From Schizochytrium sp. TIO01 (lineage: Eukaryota; Protista; Bigyra: Labyrinthulomycetes): a stretch of DNA of 64,000 bases. The position numbers were made by a program, and so were the translations under genes. The notes below the pieces were generated by a model. The model had not been told where the DNA came from. It searched no databases and worked only from the letters and a program-made list of their open reading frames with translations. Numbering within the stretch: position 1 is the stretch's first letter; each line of letters starts with the position of its first letter. Below, one piece after another: positions 32,940-46,000 of the stretch. Location of the stretch: NCBI GenBank assembly GCA_004764695.1, contig SMSO01000007.1:2425270-2489269 (forward strand). The letters run 5' to 3'.

Positions 32940-35324
32940 ATGAGCAGCGGCTTACCGAATATCATGAATTTTCGAGACCCGCTCGATGCACGGGGCAAAG
33001 AACAAAAGGCTAAGGTTCTGGCGCTTGAAGGGCAGCTGCGACAGGCAAATCAGCAGAGTGACAAGCGAGGCAAAGACGTAAAGAAACTGAAGGAAAAGAT
33101 TCGCGAGCAAGAAACCGAAATACAGCAGGTGAAAGAAGATGCGGATTCACGCATTGAGGAACTCAAGCAGCAGCTGGAGACAGTTCAAACAGAGCTCCAA
33201 AGCCAACTCAAAGATGCTACTGCTCAGGCTGCACAGAATCTTCAGGCCAAGCATACAGCTGAAGAAAAGAAGCGTAATGCGGTACGAGCCATGAAACGTG
33301 AGAAAGAACTTCGAGAACAAGCAGAAGCCACGCTGCTGGAAGAGCGCAAACGCATCGATAAACTTGAACATCATAGCGTGCGAGTTCAAAAAGTAAAAAA
33401 GCAAGGCGAAGTTGCTTTACGCGAAGCTCAGATAGCTACAGATACCGTGCGCAACCAACTAACTGAACTGGAGGCTGAATGTGAACGGCTGCAGAGTGAG
33501 CTGGAATTAACTAGAGCAGATCACGCAAGCGAGATTGAAGAGCTGAGAGAAAACATTAAATCGACTCAGGATCAACTTGCAGACGCAGAAACAAGGGAAA
33601 GTAGCTTAAAGAAGGAAATGTCTTCATCGAAACAGAAGATAGAGGACGCTCGTGCCGCCACCGAATCCGCAAAACGCGTCCAAAAGGCTGCGGAAGACCG
33701 AGCTGCCGTAGCTGCAACCCGAATTGGCAAGCTAGAAATAGAGCTCGAGCAAGTGAAGTCTTCTCTACAAAAGACCTCGATGGAGCTAGAAACAGCTCGC
33801 CAGGAACAGCAAGAGGCTGCTGCCAAAGCAGCTGAAGCAGCTGAGGTAGCTGCAAGACCTGCAGACTTGATCATGCCTGAAGACTCTGAAAGTGACATGC
33901 TCTCTCGCATCAAGATTGCTCTTGAACAGCGAAATATCAGCCTCGATTTTCTATTAAAGGGAGTGCCAAGTGGCGCCACGACCCCGCAGACTTGTGTCTC
34001 ATCTGATCGTGGATCACATCACCAACCTCGCTCTACTGGACGCAGTGTCCGATCTTCACGACCAAGCCCTTCCCCACACAACAGAAGCAAAGGTACTCTG
34101 GGCTTCTCAAATGGTGTAACTCGTTCACAAAAACCTGGAGCTACGAACTCAAGTGACCCTCAAGTCAAAAAGAGGGCATCTTCTAAACCTGCAACTACAC
34201 GAACTTCCACTACTGCTACAAAGACAGCTACTTCAAAGGTTGGTACGCGAACACCCCAAAAGAACCAGGCGCCATCTTCGAAGATCTTTTCTGCGCAATC
34301 TCAACCATCTACAAAGGAAGCAACTCAACTACATTCGAGTCAAAAGTCAACTTCCAGTCAAGAAAAGGTTCACGAGATGCCTCTGAATGAGCCAACGAGA
34401 GATGACTCAGAGCCTGCTCATATTGAAGGTAACATAGATGACGCTGTCCATGAACAACAGATGACCCCCACCAAGCCAGCACCTGGTTCTGCTGCAGCAG
34501 CGGCTGCACTTTCTCGCGCAAAGCAGTCGAAAGAACAGAGTGTGCATTCGCAAGAAGAAATTACTACTCCAGAAAAAGAGAATTCTAACAATACTACCCC
34601 ACAGCCAAAGAGCATTAAGAAGAGGAAAGAAATTGTGAACACTGACAATTCTCAGAAAAAACCTTCTCCATCGCCAAACCAACTCGAAAGTGAGCGATCG
34701 CCAGCTGTTGATGCTAATGGCATCAAGAACCAATCAAAAACTGATCGCCCACAAAGTGCAAGCATATCTACCAAGTCTCTCAGGTTGCGACCCCGAGGGA
34801 AAAATCGTATCCACCCTGAGGTCCCTCCCAGCGAGGATACTGAAGGACCTATAAGTGGGAAGACGTCGATGAGTGAGGATCCACAAAGGGATGGGGGATC
34901 CTCCTCCTCGGCATCTCTTCGTCGTCAGACTAGCGGAACCATTGATGATCCATCGCGACGCAATGATCGACAACGCAAAATGCAGCAACAACGCCGTGAA
35001 GAACGAGAGCAACTTCAAAAGCAGTATCAGCAACAAAAGAAGCTACAACAGCAGCAACAGCAAGAACGAGTTAGACGAGCACGCACTAAGAGTGTCGAGA
35101 AGGCTCAACGTGCCGTTGCCGCATCGATTGATGAGGTTGATCAGCCGTCTAAGCTTGAGATTGGCGCAAATCTCTTTGACATTGTGCCACAAACTTCAGA
35201 GGAAAGCCCACCACAGGGCGAGCTCCAGGGTGACTTCGACTCTCTTTTATACCCTCGTCATGACAAGGGATGGAAAAGAACTCGGAGTCACAGTACAGCA
35301 TCCCGTGAGGAAATTCAACTCTGA
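32940..35324 (+). CDS. Hypothetical protein: N-terminal ~300-aa coiled coil, S/T/P/K-rich disordered C-terminal half, 794 aa
   Basis: Long ORF with GCCACCATG start context; E/K/Q/A heptad pattern; no family motif recognised. Confidence 0.75.
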   Translation: MSSGLPNIMNFRDPLDARGKEQKAKVLALEGQLRQANQQSDKRGKDVKKLKEKIREQETEIQQVKEDADSRIEELKQQLETVQTELQSQLKDATAQAAQNLQAKHTAEEKKRNAVRAMKREKELREQAEATLLEERKRIDKLEHHSVRVQKVKKQGEVALREAQIATDTVRNQLTELEAECERLQSELELTRADHASEIEELRENIKSTQDQLADAETRESSLKKEMSSSKQKIEDARAATESAKRVQKAAEDRAAVAATRIGKLEIELEQVKSSLQKTSMELETARQEQQEAAAKAAEAAEVAARPADLIMPEDSESDMLSRIKIALEQRNISLDFLLKGVPSGATTPQTCVSSDRGSHHQPRSTGRSVRSSRPSPSPHNRSKGTLGFSNGVTRSQKPGATNSSDPQVKKRASSKPATTRTSTTATKTATSKVGTRTPQKNQAPSSKIFSAQSQPSTKEATQLHSSQKSTSSQEKVHEMPLNEPTRDDSEPAHIEGNIDDAVHEQQMTPTKPAPGSAAAAAALSRAKQSKEQSVHSQEEITTPEKENSNNTTPQPKSIKKRKEIVNTDNSQKKPSPSPNQLESERSPAVDANGIKNQSKTDRPQSASISTKSLRLRPRGKNRIHPEVPPSEDTEGPISGKTSMSEDPQRDGGSSSSASLRRQTSGTIDDPSRRNDRQRKMQQQRREEREQLQKQYQQQKKLQQQQQQERVRRARTKSVEKAQRAVAASIDEVDQPSKLEIGANLFDIVPQTSEESPPQGELQGDFDSLLYPRHDKGWKRTRSHSTASREEIQL

Positions 35325-35879
35325 GATGAAACACGCTCTTCTTGATTTATCAGATGGGCACGTTGTTGAGAGCATCCTGACATTCATCCGGATCAACACG
35401 CGCAGACTTACACCATCCTGGGTATTGTCGTTTTATGAATTCTGTCCTTGCGTCTTTCTGTTCTCTATCTTGACAGCTTTATTGGCTGTGAAGTTAATAC
35501 CTACAATAGAATCAATCAACCGCAAAACATACTGTGTCATTTAATTGTGCTTATTTTCTTCCAAATTGCTTCAGGGCAAAAACTTCCTAAATCTAGACAA
35601 TTCTCCATTTTCAATCACTTGCTTGCCTTTTCCTTTGAACCTTTTTTACAAATTTAACCATCTTCACTTACGTTTCCTTATGCTTAAACTTGAAGGGAGC
35701 CGCATCTATCCAAATTAAATTACAAATATGGAACAACTACGATGATATATCTGTATAATACTGCCTAGTTCCACCAAGATGCTCGAAAATAAAACATAGA
35801 GGATATACAATTAATTTTCGATATCTTTGGACTCAATTTTGATTGAAACTTTTGTAAATAAAAACTTTAATAATGGAAT

Positions 35880-38700
35880 AGTAAGAAGGTTGGCAACTAG
35901 TAGATATGGATGGGTGGTTGTTTTCATATAGTTACTTGTATTATAATTATAGTATTGTTGTTCTCGGTATCATTAATTTATAAGCTTCCGCATCCGTCAT
36001 AGTCTTCACCAGTTTTTCTAGCATTCAAACTGACTGTGTTTGCTTGTTGTAGTGTTGAGAGCTATGTTGATAAGCCTGGCAGTCCTGCATCATAGAGAAA
36101 TTGGCATATTAAAAGACATTAATATTATCATATATGTATTCTCTCTCAATTTGGCCTTGCATCAATTGTCGTGTTTCACGAAGACAGTAGGCTTGCTAAA
36201 CAACCTGATATTACCCGTACATAATATATGAGTACATTTTAGCATGTGATTAGTCTTCACATTATCATTTCCTCGCGTTTGGTACTAGTTTAAACAATTG
36301 TAAAGCACCCGTTCCAGCAATATGGGAGGGTTTCTGCAATTAACAATACGATATCAACTAAAAGATGCCACAGCTGCTTTGAAAGCATACTTTGCGATGA
36401 ATATATCTTTATGCCTTTGTTTTGAATAGGCATCGAAGTAAATCAGGCTCTAATTTGCAGAAAATGGAACTCGTTACGTCATTTCCTGCATTTGAGAATG
36501 AGCTCTAGTGGATATTTATTTAGGTTAGGCACTGTAAATTGGACGATCGATATTCAGAGGCTCTCTATCAAAGATCTTCTATCGTACTTTGATGCAAATT
36601 TCATGTATATCGATATTATTTTGGAAACGCAGACAACTTAATAAATAGACCTGAAAAATCTGAATTTTGAATAGGATCTGAACAAGTTGCAGAAAGTGCT
36701 GATATGCCTCTAGATGTACTTCACAGCCTAGGAATAATACTTGCAGCATCAACTGCATTGTATATCAAGTTTTAAAATGGTGCAGTAGTAGTACTCAGGC
36801 TTTGTACACGTGTCATGAGACTTATAGCACTATACCTTTTCAGATTATACAACCAAAACCTGCGACGATGGTGAATCTGATGCAACACAGTGATAATAGG
36901 GAATACATAGATAGTGAATATATCATTTTTAATACAGTTTGGGCCTCCTGAAGTACCTCTACACGAATTTGTTTTGAATCAACATTTAGAAAATACACTA
37001 TCCTACCCAAATTTAAAGGTACAATAGAAAGCTTATCCATGTAAAATAGATTCAATCTCCTTAAACTATTTCCTTAGCATGATTTATACTGGTTTGATTT
37101 ACCTTTTGAGCTGTTTAGCATCTTTTAGGTCCATGAAAAGATGCAATTATCTAATTATTTGACGTAACTTCTTCAGTTTTCTTTCGTAGAAAGATGCAAG
37201 AGTATAAAAGCTGAGGTATAGTACATGGAAAACTCTGCAACTTCACTCTCCAAGGTATCTTTATCTGTGTTTGCTGGGTTGAAGTATCAGGTTTTGGTGA
37301 TTTGATGATAAATTCATTATTAAGTATCTGAGATACTTCATTTAAATGCCCACCCATCGAAAGCAAAACTTTCGATACTAATGGTTTATGCAAGGAAAAC
37401 GTTGGCTAGCAATGTTATTGATTACAAACTGGTACCAAGTCAGCATGCTACCACATAAATTGCTCAAAATAGTTCAACACATGTAAGCGTGTGTCTTGTA
37501 GCGAGACAAATTTCGCGCGCCAAAAGAGAATACAGTTTCTGTTATACAGAGTATTTCGAAAAAAAAGTGTTTGTTTGTTTTTGGAAGGATGGAAGATCTT
37601 ATTGGTACCTCTAGGAAGTCGCTTCCTACGAAATTCAAGAAGTCTCGTCTCTCAGTATAAAAATGTTCGGGAAGTAGAAAGCTGTGAAGTGCACATTCCG
37701 CGTGCATGGGATATATAAGAATTGAATGATTCATGTCCTGAGAGAGAATATACAAATAGATTGAGGCACATCAGTTTTGATGTATGGATTGATGTTTTAT
37801 TCGATCAATTTACATATGTTTCCCAAGAAACCTGAAAGTTCGTCTTCATGTCTTTTGAAACAACGATTGCAGAGAACTATGCTAATAGTGTTCTGACCCG
37901 TGGGGGGGAGTACTTCGACGATATTCTAATGTTTATTGGTCATATAATGTCATCTTCTCAAAGTGTTACTGAAAAGCCAAAGTCAATACATGCATAAAGT
38001 CATTACCTTCCAGTTTAGAATAAGTGTTTTTGCTATGCTTGTTGAAAGCTAATTCCTAATTAGCCAGCAGTTGACTGGAAAGATGAAACAGTGAGTCTGG
38101 TTTGCACGGTTATAATTCAAAATGCATTGTATACTCGAGCTTTTAGAGTTAGCGATCTGCTGGCCTTGAAGATGAACACCAAGGTTGGTTGATTCATATT
38201 ATAGTTTTGAGTCCAAGACAAACTTGCGTGCCTAAAGCTCAAGCGGCTGGGCTGAGTTGTTTCTTCAAACATTCATTCAGTTTTGCCCTTGAATATTCTC
38301 TTGATTATGTAGTATACTTTCTCACTCTCAGGTTTCCTTGGCCTATCTGATGATCAAGATATTATCATATACCATTTCCAGTAGTTTTAGACGTGCATAG
38401 GTGCTAAGGACTCTGATAATATACTTTCTCCAAGACGCTACATCAGTTATGATTCCTCTCAACGTTTTAAGCGTGAGCGAATCAAAGGGATGTCTCAAAG
38501 AAACCTCACGTCTTTCCGGGGAACTATATAATTATTTATCATGCGAGGGTCAAAAAGTGTATAAAATAATATCTAATACGCGAGACAAATATTATGCAAA
38601 GATTCGAAAGGAGATCGAGATGCATACATGTGAGCCTGATGGGTATTTAAAGTATTTGTATAAGAATCTTCCTACTGAAGACATAAGATAAGTATTCATT
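35880..38700 (+). pseudogene. Possible decayed coding sequence of unknown origin in an AT-rich island
   Basis: AT-rich but non-repetitive; plus-strand frames stay open longer than expected (one frame 37491-37997 has only 3 stops in about 170 codons). No family firmly recognised. Confidence 0.3.
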
Positions 38701-39177
38701 TTGGTATTTCTTAGCAAAGAGTACTACGCCTAGGCCATGTTTGAAATAATACAGAGCATATTTCTTTGCTAAGACCGACTACTCGTCAATATTGGCTGAT
38801 TGTTGATTTTACCCATGCATGTAAAAAATAAGTTTGCTGTAATTTTTCAAATTGAGAAGTGGTTGTTCTTCGGAGAGCAAGCATATTTACATCAGGCAGC
38901 TCGCCTTATCGCGCAAGAACTGATAGTATATGATTGCATGAGGTTTCGAGGAGGGTGAGCTAGTTTTTGAGGAAGTTAAAAGGTTAAGTTTGGGTGAATA
39001 AATGGTAGGGAGATAAATGCATGCATGGTTGCCTCAATGTGAAAAGGAGCCAACTGGACGGGTCCAGGATACATAGATAATGGAGAGACAGTTCCGATTC
39101 GAGGCAGATGTGATACAGAAAAGATCTCTCATCAGATCTTGGTCATAAAGATCGAAGGCGGGCTTTTCGCGGATAAA

Positions 39178-40425
39178 TTAGAGCTGCTGTTTGAGAGACT
39201 CTGCGGAATCAAGCAATTCTAGCACCGTTTTTTCGATTGTTTTTGCGGACGCCGCAGAAGCAAATTTCATGTAAGCCATAAAACAGTCAATTGCTTCTGA
39301 GTAGTAGATGAAGGCAGCCCATGGATTGCCTTCTTCTTCAGCAGCTTTGCCCTGCTTGCGAAGAGCGACGGCGCGAGAAGCACACTTGAACTCAACAGAG
39401 GCCATTGCCTGAAGAGTTTCTACGCGTCCGATGTTAATAGACGTGTAAGGGACCAACTCGGCGGATGGTGTTAGGCTTCGAGGGTCCGGTTGCGGTTCCA
39501 TCGATAGAAGAATTTCCTGCACGCGGTTCATATAACCCTCCATACTCTCAACGAGCTTCTCCTGTGCAGGTCTACCTTGAGGAAGGCCACACTGTAGAGC
39601 CTGACCAAAGCTCTTGAGAGCACGGTCATAGTGCACCGCAGCAGCTCCATAAGCGCCATTTGTATCCTGGGCCACAGCTTGTCTGACAGCATGGAGTGCT
39701 GCTTGTAGAGCATCCCGACCCTCTGCAAAGTCTGGTTTGTCATCATCTTCAGCGTCCTGGGAGGCTGCTGCGGAAGCGCCAGCTGACTTGGAGCTAGCAG
39801 AAGTCGTGCTGGCCCGAGACGCTTTCTCACGATTGACGCTGGCGAGGGTCTCAGCAACAATCTTATCCACATCGGCTTGAGAGACCTTGTCCTCAGGTGC
39901 CATTTCTCCAATGTCACCAAACTTTTAACGATCAATTGTCCACAACGGCATATACATACCACATTTGCAAATTATTTATAAAGTCAGTTTCACAAATTCG
40001 TTGCAAAACATAAGTGAGAAGTTTTGGGTATCCATTTGCAAGCAAGTTGTCTTCGCCAAGACCCGCTTTCTAGCTATAGCTTCCTTTTCCGCCCCAATAT
40101 CTTTTCTCAAAGTAAGGAAAAAGAAGAACCAGTTCAAGATGTCCTTCGCCAGTATGTAGTACCTTTGCTGGCCATGGCAATCTCAGCAGTATCTATGGTG
40201 GTTACGTATTGCTTTGAAGCAGCATCATGGATCGCAGGCACTTCGTGCCCCGCTCTAGCAGCAGCTAGACAGACAGCTCCGTGCGCACCTTGTCTCATTC
40301 ACCCTCCTCCTCGATCCGTTTAATCTTTAACTCCAACTTACGCCCATGCCAGAGCTCAGCGCGCTAAGCTGTGCATTGAGGTCATCCAGCTCGGCATCGC
40401 CGGTGCTTTTCTTCTTGCGCGACAT
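39178..40425 (-). CDS. Tandem MIT-domain protein; exon 1 40425-40342, exon 2 39921-39178, about 275 aa
   Basis: Two MIT-like three-helix patterns (AVRQAVAQDTNGAYGAAAVHYDRAL; KAAEEEGNPWAAFIYYSEAIDCF...LLDSAESLK). Exon 1 MSRKKKSTGDAELDDLNAQLSALSSGMG ends at a GTAAGT donor (40341); CTGAC branch motif and AAG acceptor (39922) give an in-frame join. Exon 1 is less certain than exon 2. Confidence 0.75.
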
Positions 40426-43400
40426 GTTTACTCCCGCAAAATCAGAACTATCTCAGATCTCATCGCAGCGCAAGCTAGTGAAGAAATAGTCCTCGCGCTG
40501 GAACACACGTACGCCGGTCAATCTGTGCTAGTTTCACCGTTTATCTATGCTTTACCGTTTCCCCGGCAAGGTGTGACATCTCTGTAATCCCTCGCGGCGG
40601 GGTTTACGGGATCGAGCATGGAGCTGGTGGGTTTTAAGAGTTTGAGTATGCTCACATGCGGGAGTTCATACATGGGACTTTATGAACGTAGGTTTCCTAT
40701 GGTGCTAATGTAGTCTATTCTGTTGAGGATCATGTTTGCGTGAAGATGTAGAGGACGGCGAGGGATGGGGTACATGTCCACGCGCTGTACCTTCGAATTG
40801 GGACGGTTAGGTTACCAGGTGGTGTGCATTTTATGTACGTACAGCGAGTGAAGTCGCTGTCTCCTGAGCTAATCTCTGTGTCTTGCTATGGAAGAAGGAA
40901 AACTGCGGTAGCACGCATGCACAAAGTAAGATACAGTGTTTAAAGAAGAATTAATGGATGCATTGGTGGAGCTATAAGTAAGCCAAGCTTTAATCATTGT
41001 TCCGCAAATCCTGAATTCTTTGAATTGAATTTGTGTAATCGATTTTTTGCAGAAGTTCGCTTATGGTATAATTCAAAGTATCAAAAAATTCATCATCTGG
41101 TGATTGATGAAGGATATATATACCATGTACTCACTCTCTTGTTGTTTGAATTATATCTAGGGGTTGGTTAGTCCAGTATAGATACCCACTGGCACATCTA
41201 TCCTTAAGGTAATGATGAGAGACAGCTTATTGACATACACCGCGAAATTAGCGGAGACCAGGAAATGCCACGTGCCTTATGCAATAGCAGCAGTAGTTAG
41301 TGTCTGGCTGGCGATCAGACGGGGCGTCGCCCGAGACCTCATTTGGTCCTTTAATTACTTCATCCAAGAAGGCACGCTGTGCTACAAGTCGGTGGTAGAT
41401 TGAAATGGATGCTGACTGTTGGTAATTATGAAGGCCTTTTGGATGTTTCTGTTGGACATGTTGGATCGTGGCACTGAGATTCCCTAGAGGCTCGTGGGGA
41501 GTCAGCAAAAGCCGGGGAGGCGTAAACCTTTCTTTTATTGCTATCTGAAGGGAATCAGCGAAGGAGAGTATGGTCATGATCCTCAGCCATCAGTTTTCTG
41601 ACAAAGGTCAGCCAGCAGTTGCGCCGACGATTTATTTTTGGGTTGTTCAAAAATAGGCCAGTCTATCCACCCCTTCGTACCAGACATTGGCCCATCAATA
41701 GAAACTGCCGACGCTGGCGTTTCCAGATTAAATTCCGTTTTCTCTTCCTCTCGCTTCCAGTTAGAACCTTGCATGTCGCGGAGTCGCGGATGAAGGAAGG
41801 CAATATGAGTTCGAGTCTGCCTGTCTCGAGGCGAGCAAGTCCCTTTTATCTGTCAATTGCTCATTATCTCTCCAGCCAGTCAATCAATAACCTGTTTCTA
41901 AAATGAGTGGAGAGCTGCTTTTTCATGAGTGAGGAGTTTCGCTCTCTTATTTTATCATCTTCATTCATGTAGAACATCTTGCTTGTTGGCGGTTTCTGTT
42001 CGTCGCCCATGAAATTTTGCAGAGCACCTCTTACGAGTCAGCCTTACAGCAAAAGTGATTCGGTGTTCAGTAGGAATAAAAACTTTGAAGGCGGCTCTGT
42101 TAGTTCAATCTTGATGATTAGTACCTAGGTTAGAGTTGGTTATGTTTTATGAGTAAAACCTTTATTCTGGGCCGTTCTACTACGATGGGGAAGTGCTTAC
42201 GAGTGCTCTCTCTTCTTTAACTACTGTGACGAAAGTGCACCGCAGCTCGCACTGCGGTAATCTATTTTACTTCATTAAAATAATAATAATAATAATAATA
42301 ATAATATATAATATAATATATATATTTTTATTGTAAAATAATCAATTAAAGCAAAAATGTTTATTTAAAAAATTCAAATAAAGAGGATTCTGAGAACTTC
42401 AAGTTGAAAATCACCTTTAAAAAAAAAAAAGTTTCTCGCAAAAGAAAAAGGGAAACGAGAAGAAAAAGGAAAAAATATGAGATGTGCTGAATGGCAATTT
42501 CCCACAAAGCTTTTTCTCTTGGGCGTGCACAAGTTGCCAAAGCGTCTCTGAAATGCTTCGCGAGCAACTGCGTCTTGAGAATTTAATCCACTTGATGAGA
42601 AGTGAATTTGTCATCCAGACTGTAAACCTTCAGATGCTTTAAAGTAGCAGGTTTCGCCAAATCTTAAATCTTATCTCTAGCTACTAGAAAACAAACTTAC
42701 TTTAGGTTCTAATGAGTGATAAAGTCTTTGAAAATCAAACCAACTATAATGTGTAGGTAGCTAGGTCCTATTTATTCTACCTAGTTAGCACTCGTGTGTG
42801 GTCCGGAAAATGGCTGTCTTCTCGCTCTCCGTACACAGCACGGGACGAAAGCCTTTGCGAGTAGCCGTAGTCGTAGTACAGTTGTGATTGATGAGTGCAC
42901 GATCGTTTTCACCCTCAGCCTACATTCGCTAAGGCATTTGCATACTCGAGGAGTGTGATCGAGAGCACCTCAAAAAGAACTTGAAGAATAACATATTGCT
43001 TACCAGGTACCTTTGGAGTTTGAGTTTACAAGTGTCCTGCTTGAGGATGCTCCCGTGTTGGGTGTTTGTCCGTATCACTGTCCTTAGTGCACAGGCACAC
43101 TCGAATTTGCAATCAAACTCCTCATCCGGTGCGTGCGTGGACACGCGGGTGAAACCAAGTTGGCAAGAGAGACTGGCTAACTAGTGCGATCGTCGTTACA
43201 TATAGGCTCATTAGTTATTGACTCGAGAAGATGGATAAGATTGAGGGATTTGACTCTTTGCAGTTCAATGTGTAAAGTCATTTGTCAACTTACGATTACA
43301 ATTGCAGAAGTGAAGGCAAATTCAGACAAATTCCGCCACGCACGATCCTTAACCGGTGGAAGCAAGTAGGAGAGGCCTTGATCATTTCATCTTTGATCTT

Positions 43401-44314
43401 TCGCAAACTCAAACCGGATGAACTAGAGATCGATTGAATCAACCGTGTGTCGCCACTCAAAATCGCCAAAAGTCCTTCCTCAGTCATGGGTGCACATTTG
43501 TAGCTTCTGGTGTCCGAGATCTTTGTTGTGGAGATGACAGTGCTTCGAAAGGTGGGTTTTGATAGTTTTTTTTGGAATCGAAGTTGATAATTTCCAAGCG
43601 GTGTGCGAAAGGCCAAGTCAAAACTGGTGAGATGATTGGTGTGTGAACGTCGGATTCTGAATTAGCATCGTTGTACTTGGACAACCAAGATTGTGAGGAG
43701 AAGAACTGTACCTATCTGCTCAGAAGCAGACGAACGCGGTGCTCAGAGGTCCCTGTGCCTTGTTTGGAGCATCGCGGTGAGTCAGGCCAAGCCCGGAGAC
43801 GCCTGACTCCGGCTTGCGTAAGAATAGCTCTGTTCTTTAGGTAGTGGGAGCTCTGTTAGTTAATTGCTTTGAAGTTCGCCATTAAACTAGTCTTCTTCAA
43901 GCCGTCGCGCAAAATACCTGGAACTAGGCTGCCTCCAGCAAAAGCTCCTTATCTCAAGAATCTACGCACATGATTGTTTGTCCATCTTGAATTTCGCCTT
44001 GCGTGTTAAGGCGCTTCATTTTGCTCTTTTCATCCCTCAGATTTAATTCCCATATTTTCAAGTTCGCTGTCTTCTCTTTTTGAAGAATAACACTCAAATA
44101 AATTAACAATCAATCGTTCGTCATTCCCACAGAGAGCGCTCAATGAGTTGTTTGCTTTTGATAAAATCAACCCCCGCGGCTCGCGATTTTACCTCACAGG
44201 CAATGAAGACCTCAGCTTGAACGAAACCACGAGCTTTGTCATCAGCAGCAGGACTGAGCTACCTTCGGGCCTGGCGCCGAGTTTGCCTGCCCTTGTCTCA
44301 CTAGCCAGCAGTAG

Positions 44315-44315
<1 letters not shown>

Positions 44316-44350
<35 letters not shown>

Positions 44351-44387
44351 GCAGCAGCGGCAGCAGCGGCAGCAGCGGCAGCAGCAG
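44316..44387. repeat. (CAG)n / (CAGCAGCGG)n trinucleotide repeat
   Basis: Read directly from the sequence. Confidence 0.9.
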
Positions 44388-45313
44388 TGGAACATGAAGA
44401 CAGCAAGATTGAAACCCAGGAAGTGTGGTTCTCTTACGCATCCTCCTTTAGATTCTCCATCGAAAATCCACAGACAGACCCGGGAAGACAAAAACGGCAA
44501 AGGCCAGGCGACCAATGGCCAAAGCAGCTAAAGCACTTCACCAGGGCGCTTCGTGCGTGCGGTGCCTGTGCTATCTCTGCTTTCCGGCCGCCTTCCCAGG
44601 TGCGAGTAGTTTACATACATACATTCAATTCACGCCGAGGACTCTCAGGAGCGCTCATCCTCATCAGCCTCCTTTGCACTTGTAAATTAGGATCATCGAG
44701 CAGTTCTAGCAATTATGTACCTACTTAGTACCTCGCTAGCGAGTCACTAAGAGGTGAGAAGAAGTGGGAAGAAGTGGGAAGAAGTTATTCATCTCACCTG
44801 CTGCTGGCTAGCGGAATCTTTAGGATACCTTAGCTCACCCAACTAGCTAGAATGCGCCAGAACTTCCGATTGCCGGGTAAGAATTCCCATAGACCTCTCG
44901 AATGAATGATTCTCACGATTATGAGACGAAGGACTTCGAAGAAAAACTTGAGGTGTCGATATCAATGAGTATCGGTCACCGCCATTGAAGATGGCAATCA
45001 AGCTTCGTTCAGGCGTGGGTCGGTTGTAGGATTTAGTTGGCTTTCGCATTCGGTCGAGCGTCTGCGATGATTACAATCAATGCAAATCCTGCTTTCTTTC
45101 AGCTGTTGGCTGACTTTGGTAGGAGGTATCTTTCTTTCAAGTCAAGTTCGTTGCTTGCTTTTTGAGAGTTAGTTCGAACCACCTTTACATATAAAGCATC
45201 ACTCAATCCCTCAATCCCTCAATCAATCAGTCAATCCACAACGCGATTTGTAAAGAAATAAACAAACAAACACATACTGTAGTAACCAGGCACCTCTCTT
45301 TATATCCCTTTTG

Positions 45314-45340
45314 ATCTATCTATCTATCTATCTATCTATC
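45314..45340. repeat. (ATCT)n microsatellite
   Basis: Read directly from the sequence. Confidence 0.85.
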
Positions 45341-45729
45341 AATCATCAGTCCATGACGTGTGTAAGTCTATGAACTGTTTGTTGCTTCTCGTTGCGTGAG
45401 CAATTATTTGCTGGGGCCGAGCGAGGGAGGGAGAGGGTCTCTTCTTGGTGGCTCTGGGTGTCTTCTTGTTTGTCTTGTGCAGCTTCTCCGAAGGACACAG
45501 TCTGCGCTTTGACTGAATCGCCGCTTTGCGTTGAACCATTTGGTTATTTCTTCATCTCTCTTATGATTTGTTTGTTTGTTTAGGTATATCATATATATTA
45601 TATATTCACATCATCGTTGTTATCTCCTCGTTTACTTACACTTTCATTTATTGATTCGGCCCTTCGTTCGTCCTAATGATTTACCTACCATCATGTCCAA
45701 AACAAAAGAAAAAGAAAAAGCTAAACAAA

Positions 45730-46000
45730 TTACTCGAAGGTTCTTCCGATTATTATTATCATTTAAAAATTAAAATTAAAACAATTAAAATTTAAATTCG
45801 AGTTCTCCCGATTTTTTTTATTTAAAATATAAAATTATTGAAGAGTTAAAATTTACGTTCTCCCGTTTTTTTTTTTTTTTTTTTTTTTATTAAAAAAAAT
45901 AAAATTCAGGTTCTTCCGAGTTTTATTATAAATTTAAAAATTGAAATAAAGAATTTTAAAAAATGTTGTTTGTTAAATCAATAAATAGTTTTTCCGTGCT
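45730..46000. repeat. Degenerate ~55-bp tandem array with conserved GTTCTYCCG core in near-pure A/T spacers
   Basis: Cores at 45740, 45802, 45857, 45910 and 45988 (last is GTTTTTCCG). Confidence 0.75.

Noticed and set aside
41248-43684. Protein-like short minus-strand fragments (MGDEQKPPTSKMFY..., TEEGLLAILSGD...)
   Set aside because: Short, in inconsistent frames and with no recognisable family; could be decayed genes but unsupported without a search.
43779-43816. 9-bp hairpin GAGTCAGGC/GCCTGACTC with possible pseudoknot pairing
   Set aside because: Loop geometry is not H-type and a stem this long is expected by chance in 64 kb.
44148-44531. Poly-Gln or poly-Cys ORFs
   Set aside because: Kept open by the CAG repeat; non-ATG start for the plus-strand ORF and no family signal in either.
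45730-46000. CRISPR interpretation of the spaced repeats
   Set aside because: 9-bp core, homopolymeric spacers, no cas genes, eukaryotic context.
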